A stretch of DNA of 64,000 nucleotides from the human T2T-CHM13v2.0 reference genome, Homo sapiens: assembly GCF_009914755.1 (NCBI RefSeq), contig NC_060938.1. One strand, written 5' to 3'. This document shows, in pieces, positions 16,533 to 33,101 of this stretch. Position 1 is the first letter of the stretch, and every line of letters starts with the position of its first letter. The notes under the pieces are model-generated. The model searched no databases and was not told the origin of the DNA. It saw only the letters and a program-made list of their open reading frames with translations. Made by a program: the position numbers and the translations under genes.

Positions 16533-17242
16533 ACCCCCTCCGTTCTTGATCTTGAAAGTGCAAAGATACCCCCATGTTTCTCTCAGGCCCAAGGGAGAGC
16601 AACTTAATGATTGGTCCTTAATGAGGACCCTGCTCCCGTAGGCTGCCTGGGGAGCTGCTGCCAGTCACCGAGGCTTCATCCACGCACTCCATGCTGCTCC
16701 CAGAGCAGATGAAGTTGCCAGAGAAAATTCTCACACCACATGGGCTGGCCTCATTTCAAATTCCTGGCCTCAGACTGCAAATGGGCTATCAACACGGCCT
16801 AGCAATCCTTCCCCCTTCTCCTTTTAGCCTGCTTTGCTGCACTCCAAGATAAGAATTCTGTGCCTTTTCCTCCCTCCTCCTCCGTCTCCATCCCAGCTCT
16901 GCCGATGACCCTGTCGCAGGCTTGGCTGGGAAAATAGAAGCCAACAGATGGGAGCTCCCTCCTCTCCCCATCACCAAATACACACGCCTTCCTACATCTA
17001 CTTCTGCATAGGGCCTCTCTTCCTTCTCTTATACCAGAGCAAATGTCTCTACTCCTGCAAAGGCAAATCGCGCAACTTGTAGTCTGGATCCCATTTCTTG
17101 TTGCCTACCCCAGAAATTCACACCTGCTGTTTCTGTCTTTCTCTCTTTATATATCTCTCTCCTTCATCAGCAAATCAGCAAACGTTCACTCTCTCCTGTG
17201 TCATTGCCATCAACCTACAGTCCTTCTCTGCTATCTCTTATC

Positions 17243-17320
17243 ATATATATAAACACACACGCACACACAAACACATATATGAAACACACACACACACACA
17301 TATATATACACACACATACA
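17243..17320. repeat. (CA)/(TA) compound microsatellite
   Basis: Directly visible. Confidence 0.85.
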
Positions 17321-17468
17321 TGAAAGTTTTAGAACAACATTCCCTTGTCCCCGCCCCCACCTCCAGCTCCCACTTCTGCGCATGTCTGTGGAAGCTTTCT
17401 CCTCTCCCTTGCCTCCCATTCCCTCCTCTGCCTACTCCAATTTGGCTTCCGCCCACCACTCTGCAGAG

Positions 17469-18009
<541 letters not shown>

Positions 18010-18516
18010 TGTAGGGGCTGCTCTTGTCAAGGTTACCAAGAGCGTCCTTGATGCCAAGTTTGAGAAACGACTTTCCACACTCATCACACCTAGCTCATCT
18101 CTCTTGGTTTCCATGAAACACTTCTCTCTTCTGGTTTTCCTCCTGTCCAGTGGCCATTCCTTTGCAGGTTCCTCCTCTGCCTGACTCCGTCCTGGGCTCT
18201 CGGATTTCTCTTTCCTTTGTCTTCCAAATTGGCCTGTCCAGTGGCTTCAGATCATTTCTAAGCTGGCTCTGGAGTCTGACTACCTGGTTGGAGTCCCAGC
18301 TCTCAGCTTCCCTGCTGTTGTCTATAGCCACAATTTCTCCTTTGTGATCTGGCAGCCTCAGTTTTTTCTTTGGTGAAATGGGGGTATAACAGCACTTACT
18401 GCATAGAGTTATGATAACTGAATGAGGAAATCCAAGTGCATCTTATGACGCAGAGTTTAATTCATATTAGCTGTTATTTTTATTTATAACTTCTATTACA
18501 TAAAAATTGCATTACT

Positions 18517-18819
18517 GGCTGGGCATTGTAGCTCACGCCTATAATCCCAGCACTTTGGGAAGCTGAGTTGGGAGGATCACACGAGGTCAAGAGTTTGAGA
18601 CCAGCCTGGCCAACATGTTGAAACCCTGTCTCTACTAAAAATACAAAAATTAGCTGGACATGGTGGTGCATGCCTGTAATCCCCACTACTTAGGAGGCTG
18701 AGACAGGAGAATTGCTTGAACCTAGGAGGTGAACGTTGCAGTGAGCCAAAATCTCACCACTGCACTCCAGCCTGGGTGACAGAGTGAGACTCCATCTCAC
18801 ACAAAAAAAGAAAAAAAAA
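18517..18819 (+). mobile_element. AluS
   Basis: Alu consensus match. Confidence 0.9.
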
Positions 18820-19211
18820 TGCATTATCATTTTACTTTTCACCAGACAACTCAAGAACAGGTGCTGAGGACTCACCAGATCACATCGAGACAGGTGTTTA
18901 ATTCTATTTCATTGAAATGACAGCAAGAACAAACCACTAGCTGACCATGAGCCCTGTGCCAGGCCTGGTACTAAGTTTTTTTCCTGACGTGCAAAGCAGG
19001 ATTTCTGCTCCAGAGAGCTTGCCTATGGTGAATAAACAGGAGAGCAACATAGAGGAATATGTGGAAAAGTCAGGCAGCTATAATAGGTGCCCAATTATTA
19101 AGAGACCAGTAGTTGCCAAATAGCATGCTATGAAACTCATTCTTCAGAGACACTTCAAGGGGCGTCCTCAAACTTTTGAATTCCAATTTCTGTTTTAAAG
19201 TATGTTTTAAA

Positions 19212-19878
19212 CTACAGTCAGACTCCTGACTTAACAATAAGGATAAGTTCTGAGAAAGGCATGATTAGGAAATTTCATCATTGTGTAAACGTCATAGACT
19301 GTGCTTACACAAACCTGGGTGGCATAGGCTACGACACATCTAGGCTATATGATATGGTCTATTACTCCTGGGCCACAAACCTGTACAGCATGTGACTGTG
19401 TTACAGTTGCTACTGTAAGCAATTGTAACACAGTGATAAGCATTTGTGTACCTAAACATATCTAAACCTAGAAAAGCTACAGTAAAAATACGGCATTATA
19501 ACCTTATGGGACCAGGTGTGATGGCTCATGCCTGTAATCCCAGCACTTTGGGAGGCTGAGGCGGATGGATCACCTGAGGTCAGGAGTTTGAGACCAGCCT
19601 GGCCAACATGGTGAAAGCCCGTTTCTACTAAAAATATAAAAATTAGCCCGGCATGGTGACGTGCGCCTGTAATCCCAGCTGCTGGGGAGGCTGAGGCAGG
19701 AGAATCGCTCGAACCCGGGAGGTGGAGGTTACAGTGAGCCAAGATCTGCCATTGCACTGCAGCCTGGGCAACAAGAGAGAAACTCCATTCCCTACCCCCC
19801 CCCAAAAAACTTATGGACCACTGTTGTATATACAGTCTGTCATTAACTGAATTGTCATTATATGGCACATGACTGTAT
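19212..19878. mobile_element. Tigger3a/MER7A interrupted by an Alu
   Basis: TA-CAGTCA...TGACTG-TA inverted termini. Confidence 0.75.
19509..19790 (+). mobile_element. AluS
   Basis: Alu consensus match. Confidence 0.9.
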
Positions 19879-19895
19879 TTTAAAACTGTAGTTTA

Positions 19896-20207
<312 letters not shown>

Positions 20208-20721
20208 TCACTTATGAATGTATTGAAGGCGAAATTTCAAAACAGTGGAGATCATCAACACATTAAGTTCTGTTTCAGGTTAATAGATTTTTGTCCAGGC
20301 TGTAATGAAGTGTCTGCTTCCCTCTCTGTTTAATAAAGGAAAATCTTGATTCACCCAGATAAAAGTTGCAAGAGAAACTATTTTTTGACAGCTTTATTGA
20401 GATATAATCCACATCCCATACAATTCATCCATTTAAAGTTTTGGTTTTTAAACAGTTACAGTTTGCAATTGCTTATTTGAGTGAATCAAGATTCTCTTGA
20501 GTTTGTGCAAAGAAAAATGCAAATTTAGAGTGAAATGAGGATGCTAGGAGATGGTGCCTGATGTCCACAAATGTCCATAGCATCAATTTTCAAATTTTTA
20601 TGTACAAGCGAGCTAAAACATTTCATTTGGCTGCCTTTCTAAGTAATCATATACATTTGAACATGTAATGTTCTTATATGTTCTCATGTCTTATTTCACA
20701 CTAACTAAAAACCCTTCATTT

Positions 20722-21061
<340 letters not shown>

Positions 21062-21082
21062 CTAAGAGTGAATGTGAAGAGA

Positions 21083-21420
21083 TTCTGTTTGACACATGTT
21101 TACTGACTCTATGCCATGTGTCAGGCTCTGTTGGAAGCTCTGGAACTCAGCCATGAACAGGCAGACATGAAGACCTGCTCTTGTGAAGCTTAGATTCCAG
21201 AGCAGGGAGATGGAGAATAGCTAGAGAGAAAACAATGGAATGGTATATCAGATGGCGATAAGTGCTGTGAAAACTAAAGCAGGTCCAGAGGGATGAGGAG
21301 CTGGCGGGGGTGGGAGACACGAGACAGGGAGCTACTTTATGGAGGGTGCCAGGCCAGGCCTCACTGAGGATGCGGCCTTGGAGCAAAGATGTGGAGATCA
21401 GGGAGTGAGCTTTGTGCTTG
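21083..21420 (-). mobile_element. L2a fragment
   Basis: ACATGTTTACTGACTCTATGCCATGTGTCAGGC L2 3' region. Confidence 0.55.
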
Positions 21421-21970
21421 CCAGGTGCTGCTGCCAAGGAAGCCTGAAGCCCTTGAAAGGCAATAAGAATGAGAGGAGCTCAGAGAAGCGAGAGCAAAGG
21501 GAAGGGTTTGTGACGCAGATGAGAGCAGGAAGAGAAAAAGGCTCTGGTGAGCAGAGGAGCGGGGTTGGTCTTCTGTGGGGTGCCGGGGGAGAAGGCAGTT
21601 GGAGCAAATGTGTGCAGGTGGAAGTGTCTTCGTGGTTCTGGAAACGAGGAGTCGACTGGCTGATTAGCTCAGTGAGGAAGCAATAGGGCCAGGTGGGAGT
21701 CGAGCGTACAAGTGTAGGGTCAGTCCCTGTCCTCGTTTAAAATTTTGGTACTGGGTTCATCGTGGAATTTTTGTGGTAACTTTGATTTTAAAAAAATTAG
21801 CACTCATATTGGTTACTGAGTTGTTTGGTGCTCCCTTAAACTTTGCACTAGTTTCACCCTAGTTTCTGCCCTTGGAGCAGAGTCTGTGTCAGTAAGTTCA
21901 CAGTCCCTAGAGGAGGGCCGTCTAAGTCTTTAGACTTGACTCTGTGGTCACTGGAAAGGCCCTTGAAGAA

Positions 21971-21972
<2 letters not shown>

Positions 21973-22044
<72 letters not shown>
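21973..22044. repeat. (TG)n(GA)n compound microsatellite at an Alu tail
   Basis: Directly visible. Confidence 0.95.
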
Positions 22045-22050
<6 letters not shown>

Positions 22051-22323
22051 TTTTGCTCTGTCACCCAGGCTGGAGTGCAGTGGCATGATCTTGGCTCACT
22101 GCAACTTCACATCTCAGGTTCAAGGCATCCTCCTGCCTCAGCCTCCCTGGTAGTTGGGACTACAGGCATGTGCCACCATGCCCGGCTAATTTTTGTATTT
22201 TCAGTAGAGATGAGGTTTCACCATGTTGGCCAGACTGGTCTTGAACTCCTGACCTCAGGGGATCTACCAACCTCGGCTTCCCAAAGTGCTGGGATTACAG
22301 GCATGAGCCACCGTTCCCAGCCC
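22040..22323 (-). mobile_element. AluS
   Basis: Alu with TSD CCCTTGAAG. Confidence 0.9.
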
Positions 22324-23074
22324 CTTGAAGGATCTTGAACAAATAAATGATGTAACCAAAATATTGGGGACGATTGGTCTAGAAGCAATGTGGAGGATGA
22401 AGAAAGGGACCGGAGAGCAAGGACCTGTCAGGAAATGGATTGTGATGCCCCAGGCCCATGGTATAGGAACAGGGGGTGTGGGAAGGAAAGCTGGCTGCTC
22501 CTTGCCTTTCATGGGTCTTTGCCTGTCTCTAAACCACCCCCAGAATTCATCATTTCCCAAACAACTGAAAAGACACAATGAATGCGGGCCTCGTGCCTCT
22601 TTCTGTTTTTATTATGACTGATTTTTGCAAAACAGGAAGTGCTGCCGTGACAATGGTATTATTTGTGGCTGAGAAATATACTTTTGAAAACTCTGCAAAC
22701 CCTGGAACCCTTGCACTGAAGCCTAGTTGTGCTTCTGGAGACTCCCTGTTGGGTGGGCTCCATTCCAACAGGCACCATGACTTTCCTCTGCTCCAACAGC
22801 AGCGTGGACTCAAGAGCCGCTGTGTTCCTAGGACTGGGGACAAGTTGCTTCACCTTTCAAGAAAGGTAGTGAGGGCCTGGCACTGTCAAGGAGAGTGGCT
22901 GGCTGGGTGCCACCAGGCACCATGAAGACAGTATGATTTATGAGAAAGGTCACAGGAAACCCTCCCTGCCCCAGGCTTTGGTCCTAGATCAACATTTTCA
23001 TCAGCGGTAGTTAGTGGCTACAGGCTGCAGGGAACACGGAGGTAATTCCCTGAGGCAGAAGTGGGTCAGAACAT

Positions 23075-23337
23075 ATGGTGGTTGGGTTCTGATGAGGTTC
23101 CTCTTCCTGGCTCCCAGATGGCCACCTTATCACTATGTGCTCACAGGGCAGAGAAAGAGAGAAAGGAAGCTCTCTGGGGTCTCTAAAGGTACTGATCCCA
23201 TCAGACCAGGGCCTCACGCTCATGAGCTCATGTAACCCTAACTACCTCCCAAAAACCCATCTCCAGAACCCATCACATTGTGGGTTAGAGCTTCAACACA
23301 GGAATTTGGAGGGGATATAAACATTCAGTCCATAATA
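23075..23337 (-). mobile_element. MLT1A-like MaLR LTR fragment
   Basis: ...AAACATTCAGTCCATAA terminus. Confidence 0.65.
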
Positions 23338-23801
23338 TTCCCCATTGTCAGAGCCGACCATGTCTGGAGGCTTTCATATCTAATTCAGGTTGAGGAACCT
23401 CTTTGGGAAAAACATCTTGAGTTCCTGTTTCTGTTGGCTCACTGAATCCCTTCAATTGCCTTCTCTTTTTGAACTTTTAAATAGCTACGATTACTTGGCA
23501 TACAATAGTTACCTAGGTTTAATTTCTTTTCTTTTTTTCCCCTGGAGGGGGCCTCATTTCAGCTAAGCAATTGCAAACAATAGCTTGATTATACTTCTAC
23601 ATTCTTTTGACACAAGCAATTGCTTCTCTTCCCAAGCACACTGTGACACCAGCTGAATATTGTAATATTTCTCTTCCTGAGCAATTTTGCCTGGATCTCA
23701 CCCACTGAAGAAACCAACTGTAAATATTAATATTTGACATTCCTTGCACCTCTGGCCATACACACAGTTTAACCTTCTGAGGCTCTGCATCTCATCTTTA
23801 A

Positions 23802-24253
<452 letters not shown>

Positions 24254-24678
24254 TAGTAAAATATGCATAACATAAAATTGAATCATTTTTAAGTGTAAAA
24301 TTTGGTGGCATTAAGTACATTCACAATGGTATGCCACCATCATCACTAACCATCTCCAGAACTTCTTCATTTCAGTAACTCCTCGTTCTCCTTCTGCCAC
24401 CCTTTGGTAGCTGCTGTTCTACTTTTGTCTCTGTGAATTTGCCTAACTCCAGGTACTTCATATAAGCGAGATCGTATAATATTTTTTTGTGTGTCTGGCT
24501 GATTTCAGTTGGCTTAACGTTTTTGTCTCAGTCTGTTAAGGCTGCTAGAACAAAATACCATTAATAGGGTGGCTTATAAACAACAGAAATTTATTTCTCA
24601 CTGTTCCGGAGATTGGGAAGTCCAGGATCAAGGTGCCAGTAGATAATATGTTTGGCGAGGGCCCCTTTTCTTTTTATT

Positions 24679-24727
<49 letters not shown>

Positions 24728-24762
24728 CTATATATCTATATCTATCTATATATATATATATA
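24679..24762. repeat. (TG)n/(TA)n compound microsatellite at an Alu tail
   Basis: Directly visible. Confidence 0.9.
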
Positions 24763-25053
24763 TTTTCTTTTTGAGATGGAGTCTCACTCGGTGGCCAGGC
24801 CGGAGTGCAGTGGCACCATCTCGGCTCACTGCAACCTCTCTGCCTTCCAGATTCAAGCGATTTTCCTGCCTCATCCTCCCAAGTAGCTGGGATTACAAGC
24901 GCACACTACCACACCCAGCTAATTTTTGTATTTTTAGTAGAGACCTGGTTTCACCATGTTGACCAGGATGGTCTCAATCTCCTGACCTTGTGATCCACCC
25001 ACCTTGGCCTCCCAAAGTACTGGGATTACAGGCATGAGTCACTGTGCCCAGCC
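24763..25053 (-). mobile_element. AluS
   Basis: Alu consensus match. Confidence 0.9.
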
Positions 25054-25428
25054 TTTATTTATATTTTTAAAAACTTACTAGGCTATCACTCTCAGATCTT
25101 AGCGAGGGCCTACTTTCTGATTCATAGATGGTGCCTTCTGGCTGTGTCCTCACAAGGTGGAAGAAACAAGGCAGTTCTTTGGGGCCTCAATGCCATCATT
25201 AGGGCTCAACATACAAATGTCAATGCATGAATTTTGGAGGAATACAAACATTCAGACCATACAGCCTTCAAGTTTCATCCATGTTGTAGCATGTATAGGA
25301 ATTTCATTCCTTTTTGTGGCTGAATTGTATTCTACTGTGTGTATGTATCACATGTTGTTTACCTACTCATCTGTTGATAGACACAATTTGTTTCCACCTT
25401 TTGGCTCTTGTCTAATAAAGCTTAACAT

Positions 25429-25738
<310 letters not shown>

Positions 25739-26210
25739 GAGTTTAACATAACAGGTGGCAGATGGGATCTCTCTCCTTTGTGAGCCTGGCCTCAATTTAA
25801 CAACTACCTTTTGATTAATTCTATTTCATTCTCTGGAAACATGACACCATGACACCAAACAGAGCAACTTAGACAGCAGGGCTCTGCAGGAAAGCTGGGG
25901 CTGGAGAACACACGTGATGGGTAGCTGTGGTCATTATGGACCTTCGCAGAGCGTTGCCTGAGGGTCCAGCAGGTCAGAGATGGCACCCTGGGTGGGTGAG
26001 GCTGCATGACATGGGGTTTTTGATTCTATAATAAAAGAGATCTTTCACTTTTCACTTTAACCCTTTCATTTATTCATTCACTCACTCATTCCAACATTAT
26101 TGAATACTTCCAAAAAAAGAAAAAAAAGGAACAAGATGCATGATAACAAAAGAGAAAAAGAAGCAAAAACAAAAAACCAAAACCAAAATGAACAAATTAA
26201 AAAAAAAATA

Positions 26211-26893
<683 letters not shown>

Positions 26894-27094
26894 TCAGGAG
26901 AAAATCATGGTCATAGTTACTATCTTTTGAGCACTTTCTAAGTGCTGATACTGTTCTAGTGCATAATGCTTATTATCTCAGTCAATCGTCAGAGCAGCCA
27001 AGCAAGATAAGTGAGGAGGAAACAGGCCTAAAAACTTACCAAGACCTCTAAATGTGGGTGGCAGAATGCAGATCCAAGCTCAAAACATCACCCT

Positions 27095-27400
27095 TGCTAT
27101 TCACAGTGTGGCCCACGGACCAGCAGCTGCATCTTGTGGGAGCTTTTTAGAAATGCAGAATCTCTGCCTGACCCTAGATCTTCTGGATCAAGCCTGCACT
27201 TTCACAGGATCCCCTAGTGATCCCAGTGCACACTGAAGTTTGTACAGCACAGATGGCGATTCACCAGATCGGCTGCACATTGGAATCACTTGAGGGATTT
27301 CAAAAATCCTTAGTGCCCAGGCCATACACCCCTAGATCAATTACATCTGCATTTCTGGGTCTGTCACCCAGGCATCAGGATTTTTCAAAATTACCCCTCT
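27095..27400. mobile_element. MER5A + MER5B pair immediately upstream of the promoter
   Basis: MER5 motifs (TTAGAAATGCAGAATCTC; GCACATTGGAATCAC). Confidence 0.6.
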
Positions 27401-27489
27401 GTTGAGCCGGGGAGAGCAGGTTAACTCTTGCAGGGAGAACTGGGCTTGCAGGGTCCAGCCAGCTGCCAGCAGCTCTGCAGCTTTAAGAA

Positions 27490-27755
27490 CTGGGGCGGGC
27501 TAGCTGCCGAGGAGACCACGCTGCTGCATGGGCCACGTGAGCTCAGGCTGTGGGAGCGGATGGAGCTGCTACAGTCAGCGCTTGGGGCTGGCCTCAGCTT
27601 GTAGACCCGAGCCCTGCAGAACAACCCCCCGTGGCGCAGGAGAGCAGAAGAAAGGGGGCCTTTATGCCCTTTTGAGGGAAGCACACATTCTGCAAGGCCG
27701 TGGAAACAAAGGGAGGAACTGTTTGTAGCCCTCGTCCAGACGCCCCAAACAAACA
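27490..27755 (+). other. DGLUCY: Candidate non-coding first exon A (start approximate)
   Basis: Ends at ACA|GTAAGT donor (intron starts 27756) inside the promoter block. Confidence 0.5.
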
Positions 27756-27849
27756 GTAAGTCAGAAGGGAACAGAGCACAGCACAGTCCCTCCCTCCGCC
27801 CCAGGCAGTATCCACCTTGCCCCGCCCCACCTAAGGAGCCCAAGGGTAT

Positions 27850-28000
27850 TCTGGGAGCCCACCCCAGGACAATGGCAGGGCAAAACCAGTGAGCAAGGCA
27901 GAAAATTCCTGAAATTCTCCACTGAGGCCCAGCTGTTCCTCTCCTTGAAAAGTCAAGGCTTGGTTCAAGCCAGATAGCACCTGAGGACAGAACATATCAG
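27850..28000 (+). other. DGLUCY: Candidate non-coding first exon B (start approximate)
   Basis: Ends at CAG|GTATTG; sequence recalled from the DGLUCY mRNA 5' UTR. Confidence 0.6.
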
Positions 28001-28099
28001 GTATTGGTAGTGTTTCTCCTCTGTTCTCTCTCCTGCAAGGCCCTTTCAGTCCTTGTCACTGCCCTTGAGAACTCCCAGGTCACGTGAAGGCAAAGAAAG

Positions 28100-28693
28100 T
28101 AAAACTGAAACTGCCTTTGAGCCACAGGCTTGCTGGGGATGAGGTGACAAAGCTAATCGAGGTGGCAATTGGGGAAGGGGTTCTGGGCTGCCGCAGGCAC
28201 ACAGGCCAGAGCTTCGTGGATACCTGCAGGGCCCAAAGGTCCCTCCCTGTTTTGAAGAGTGAGTGATGGCTATGAGGTAGCGGCCAGGCTGATCACCCCT
28301 GCGTTGGCTGGAGGCAGAATTCTGTAAATCCTCGCCAAGTCTTTCTCCAGGCCACTGGTTAGCTCATCTCAGCCTCCTCTGGGAGCATCAACACCAACAT
28401 GGCACAGGGGACTGCAGTGGTGTGCTTTGGACCTGTGTACCCACCCAAGGCTAAAGGCAGAGCCAGGTGACTTTGCGGGGGTCTCTTCTCTAGGATTATC
28501 TGTACTTCCCCTCTGTCCTCTTTTACTACGGGAGATCGAGCTAGCTATAACCCACCTTCTTTCATGAGAACCACACTAAATTGCAAAAATTATCCCAGTG
28601 CTGGAGGAGGGCAGCAGGTTGAGATTATGTTGGCAGGAAGAATGTTGGCATTGATTGGCACGCAGGGGACGAGAGCTGCTTTGTGCTTTAAAG
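28100..28693 (+). other. DGLUCY: Candidate non-coding first/5' exon C (start uncertain)
   Basis: Ends at AAG|GTAACT; sequence recalled from the DGLUCY mRNA 5' UTR. Confidence 0.55.
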
Positions 28694-28908
28694 GTAACTG
28701 AGTATGAGCTAAAAAGAAGGAAAGGAGAGGCCGAGAGTAGGAAGAAGAAAGAAAGCTGACTTGGCTGGAGGGGTGGAGTGAAGCTGAGGAAGCAGGAAGG
28801 GGAAGGAGGTGATGGGTGGGAAGGGCAGGGCAGGGTGGAGTTAACTGAAAGAAGGCTAAACTGTGGCTTGTACATAATTATGAGGAAGCACCTTTTTTTC
28901 CCCCCTTC

Positions 28909-29181
28909 ATTTTGAGACGGAGTCTTGCTGTGTCGCCCAGGCTGGAGTGCAGTGGTGTGATCTCAGCTCACTGCAACCTCCATCTCCTGGGTTCAGGCTA
29001 TTCTCCTGCCTCAGCCTCCCAAGTAGCAGGGACTACAGGCACATGCCACCAGGTCTGGCTAATTTTTGTAGTTTTAGCAGAGACAGGGTTTTGCCATGTT
29101 AGCCAGGCTGAGCTCAAGCCATCCATCCGGCCTGGCCTCCCAAAGTGCTGGGATTATAGGCGTGAGCCACCACACCTAGCC
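28909..29181 (-). mobile_element. Alu
   Basis: Alu consensus match, TSD AGGAAGCA. Confidence 0.85.
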
Positions 29182-30009
29182 AGGAAGCATCTTAAAAGAG
29201 TCAGATGTCACTTCCAGCTGAGGGCTAGATCCCCGGAGGCCAACTGGTGGCCCCTGACATGTTTTATTTGTAAGAGTGAGGACTCTTGGAAATTTGGAAA
29301 ATTTCACGCATTGTGAAAGAATGGGCTCACGTTTCCGCAGCTCGGCTGGCGCTGGAGCTGCTGGTTTGCCAAAGTCCCCACCTCTCCTGCACTGAGCTTT
29401 GCATTCCTTGACCCACCCCAAAACTTCTGTACCTGCCTGGTTCCTGTGGGCAATGCAGATTGCTGCTCCTTCTGGTTTGATAATAATGATTCTCGTCCAA
29501 GTGCACAGGTATATGCTCTTTCAATTAATTTCAATTAATATCTCCCTTTTTCAGTGGAGCATGGCAGATACACAAAACCAACCCTCTCCTTGACAGATTT
29601 CTCAGCCTTTCCAGGCGATCTGCCAAGTTGCTAGAGGGTATTTGCATTAAAAAAAAAAGTTTATTTTCTTATTTTGGGTTTAAGGATTTTCCAACCTGCC
29701 TTAAGGCAATATTTCATTTATGCCACACTTTACAGCTTTCAAAGCATTTCTTAAACAGACTTGAATTTGTTTTATCCTTCCAGAAGCTCCATGAAGTCTG
29801 TAATTTGGATCTCCTCATGCTGTCTTGGAGGAAACAGAATTGTAGAGAAACTAAATGACTGCCCTTGGTCCTTCAGTAATGTTGAGGTTCACATTCAGGC
29901 ACAGCTCTCTGGAAGACCAAGCTGTGTCTTTTTGACTGTGTGAAATTGTAAAAAGTTATGCTTTGAAAAGCATAGTGACTGAAAGTATGATCTCAATCCA
30001 GAATACTTG

Positions 30010-30926
<917 letters not shown>

Positions 30927-31114
30927 CTTGGGCTTGACTGCTGGTTTGGCCACTCAATACCTATGAGTCTTTAGGCAAAGTACTGAATCATCCTGTGCTT
31001 CCTTTTCTGTAAAATAGGGATAACAGCCCTCATCTAGGGAGTGTTGTATGGATTAAATGACATAGTACATGAAAAGTGTTTAGAACAATGCCTGGCACAG
31101 AGTAAGCTTTTGTT

Positions 31115-31118
<4 letters not shown>

Positions 31119-31159
<41 letters not shown>
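31119..31159. repeat. (CA)n microsatellite
   Basis: Directly visible. Confidence 0.95.
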
Positions 31160-32279
<1,120 letters not shown>

Positions 32280-32300
32280 TTTCAAGAAATATTCCTATCA

Positions 32301-32440
<140 letters not shown>

Positions 32441-32505
32441 AAAATTTTTTTAAATTATACTACTACTACTAAAATTATTATTATCTGTGCCTTTGGGAGA
32501 TACTC

Positions 32506-32850
32506 TGTATTAGTTAGGGTACAGGCTAAATTGTAAAAAAGATCCCAAAATACATTTGCTCAAAAAGGGTAGAAGATTTTTCCTCTTTCACATAATAGCT
32601 AAGAGGTAAATGGTCAGTCCAGGACAGGCAAACAACTCTGCTCCACAGGGTCATTCAGGAACCCAGCTTCCTCCATCTTGTTGCTCCCTTTTCTGCATAG
32701 TCAAAACTGACTCAACATCACCTTCACCTTCTGTTCCTGCCTGTAGTGCGAAGAGGGGAGGAATTAGAGGGCAAACAGCTCCCTTCTAAATGATATACCT
32801 CAGAGTTGTACATATCCTTTCACTCATATTCCCTGACCCACTCTGTTTCC
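32506..32850 (-). mobile_element. Old MLT1 (I/J-like) LTR fragment
   Basis: TGTATTAGTTAGGG start; CATTCAGGAACCCAG motif. Confidence 0.5.
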
Positions 32851-33101
32851 CTGACCAAATTTCCCAGGCTTTTCTACCTTGATCTGACCTTGTCTTTCTG
32901 GACCTTTGGTACCACTGTGCTCCCATACCTGAAGACTCTTTCTCACTGCAGTGCTACTCTTTCTAAGTTCCCACCCTACTTTGCTAGACATTTTTTTTCC
33001 ATTTCCTTCAAAGAGACCTCCTGTTCCACTCACTCCCTAAATATCCCCTGGGTCTCTGTGTTCCACCCACAGCCCTTCCTGCCTTTTGCCCTCTCCCTCG
33101 G

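Larger units (their letters stand above)
24524..25263 (-). mobile_element. MSTD/MLT1A-like MaLR LTR inside an L1M, itself interrupted
   Basis: TGTCTCAGTCTG...CAGACCATACA ends. Confidence 0.65.
27400..28700 (+). promoter_or_regulatory. DGLUCY: Promoter / TSS cluster (GC-rich, repeat-free)
   Basis: 1.3-kb repeat-free GC-rich block: GC boxes (27492-27500, ~27794, ~27820), E-boxes CACGTG (27534-27539, 28081-28086), ISRE-like motif 28095-28112, several 5' splice sites. Confidence 0.7.

Noticed and set aside
22578-22925. 115-aa ATG ORF and a possible small exon (acceptor ~22799, donor ~22865) in unique DNA
   Set aside because: No recognisable homology; weak donor (GTAGTG); within chance expectation.
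27421-27843. 140-aa antisense ORF over the promoter
   Set aside because: Non-ATG start; the GC-rich promoter is stop-poor; no homology recognised.
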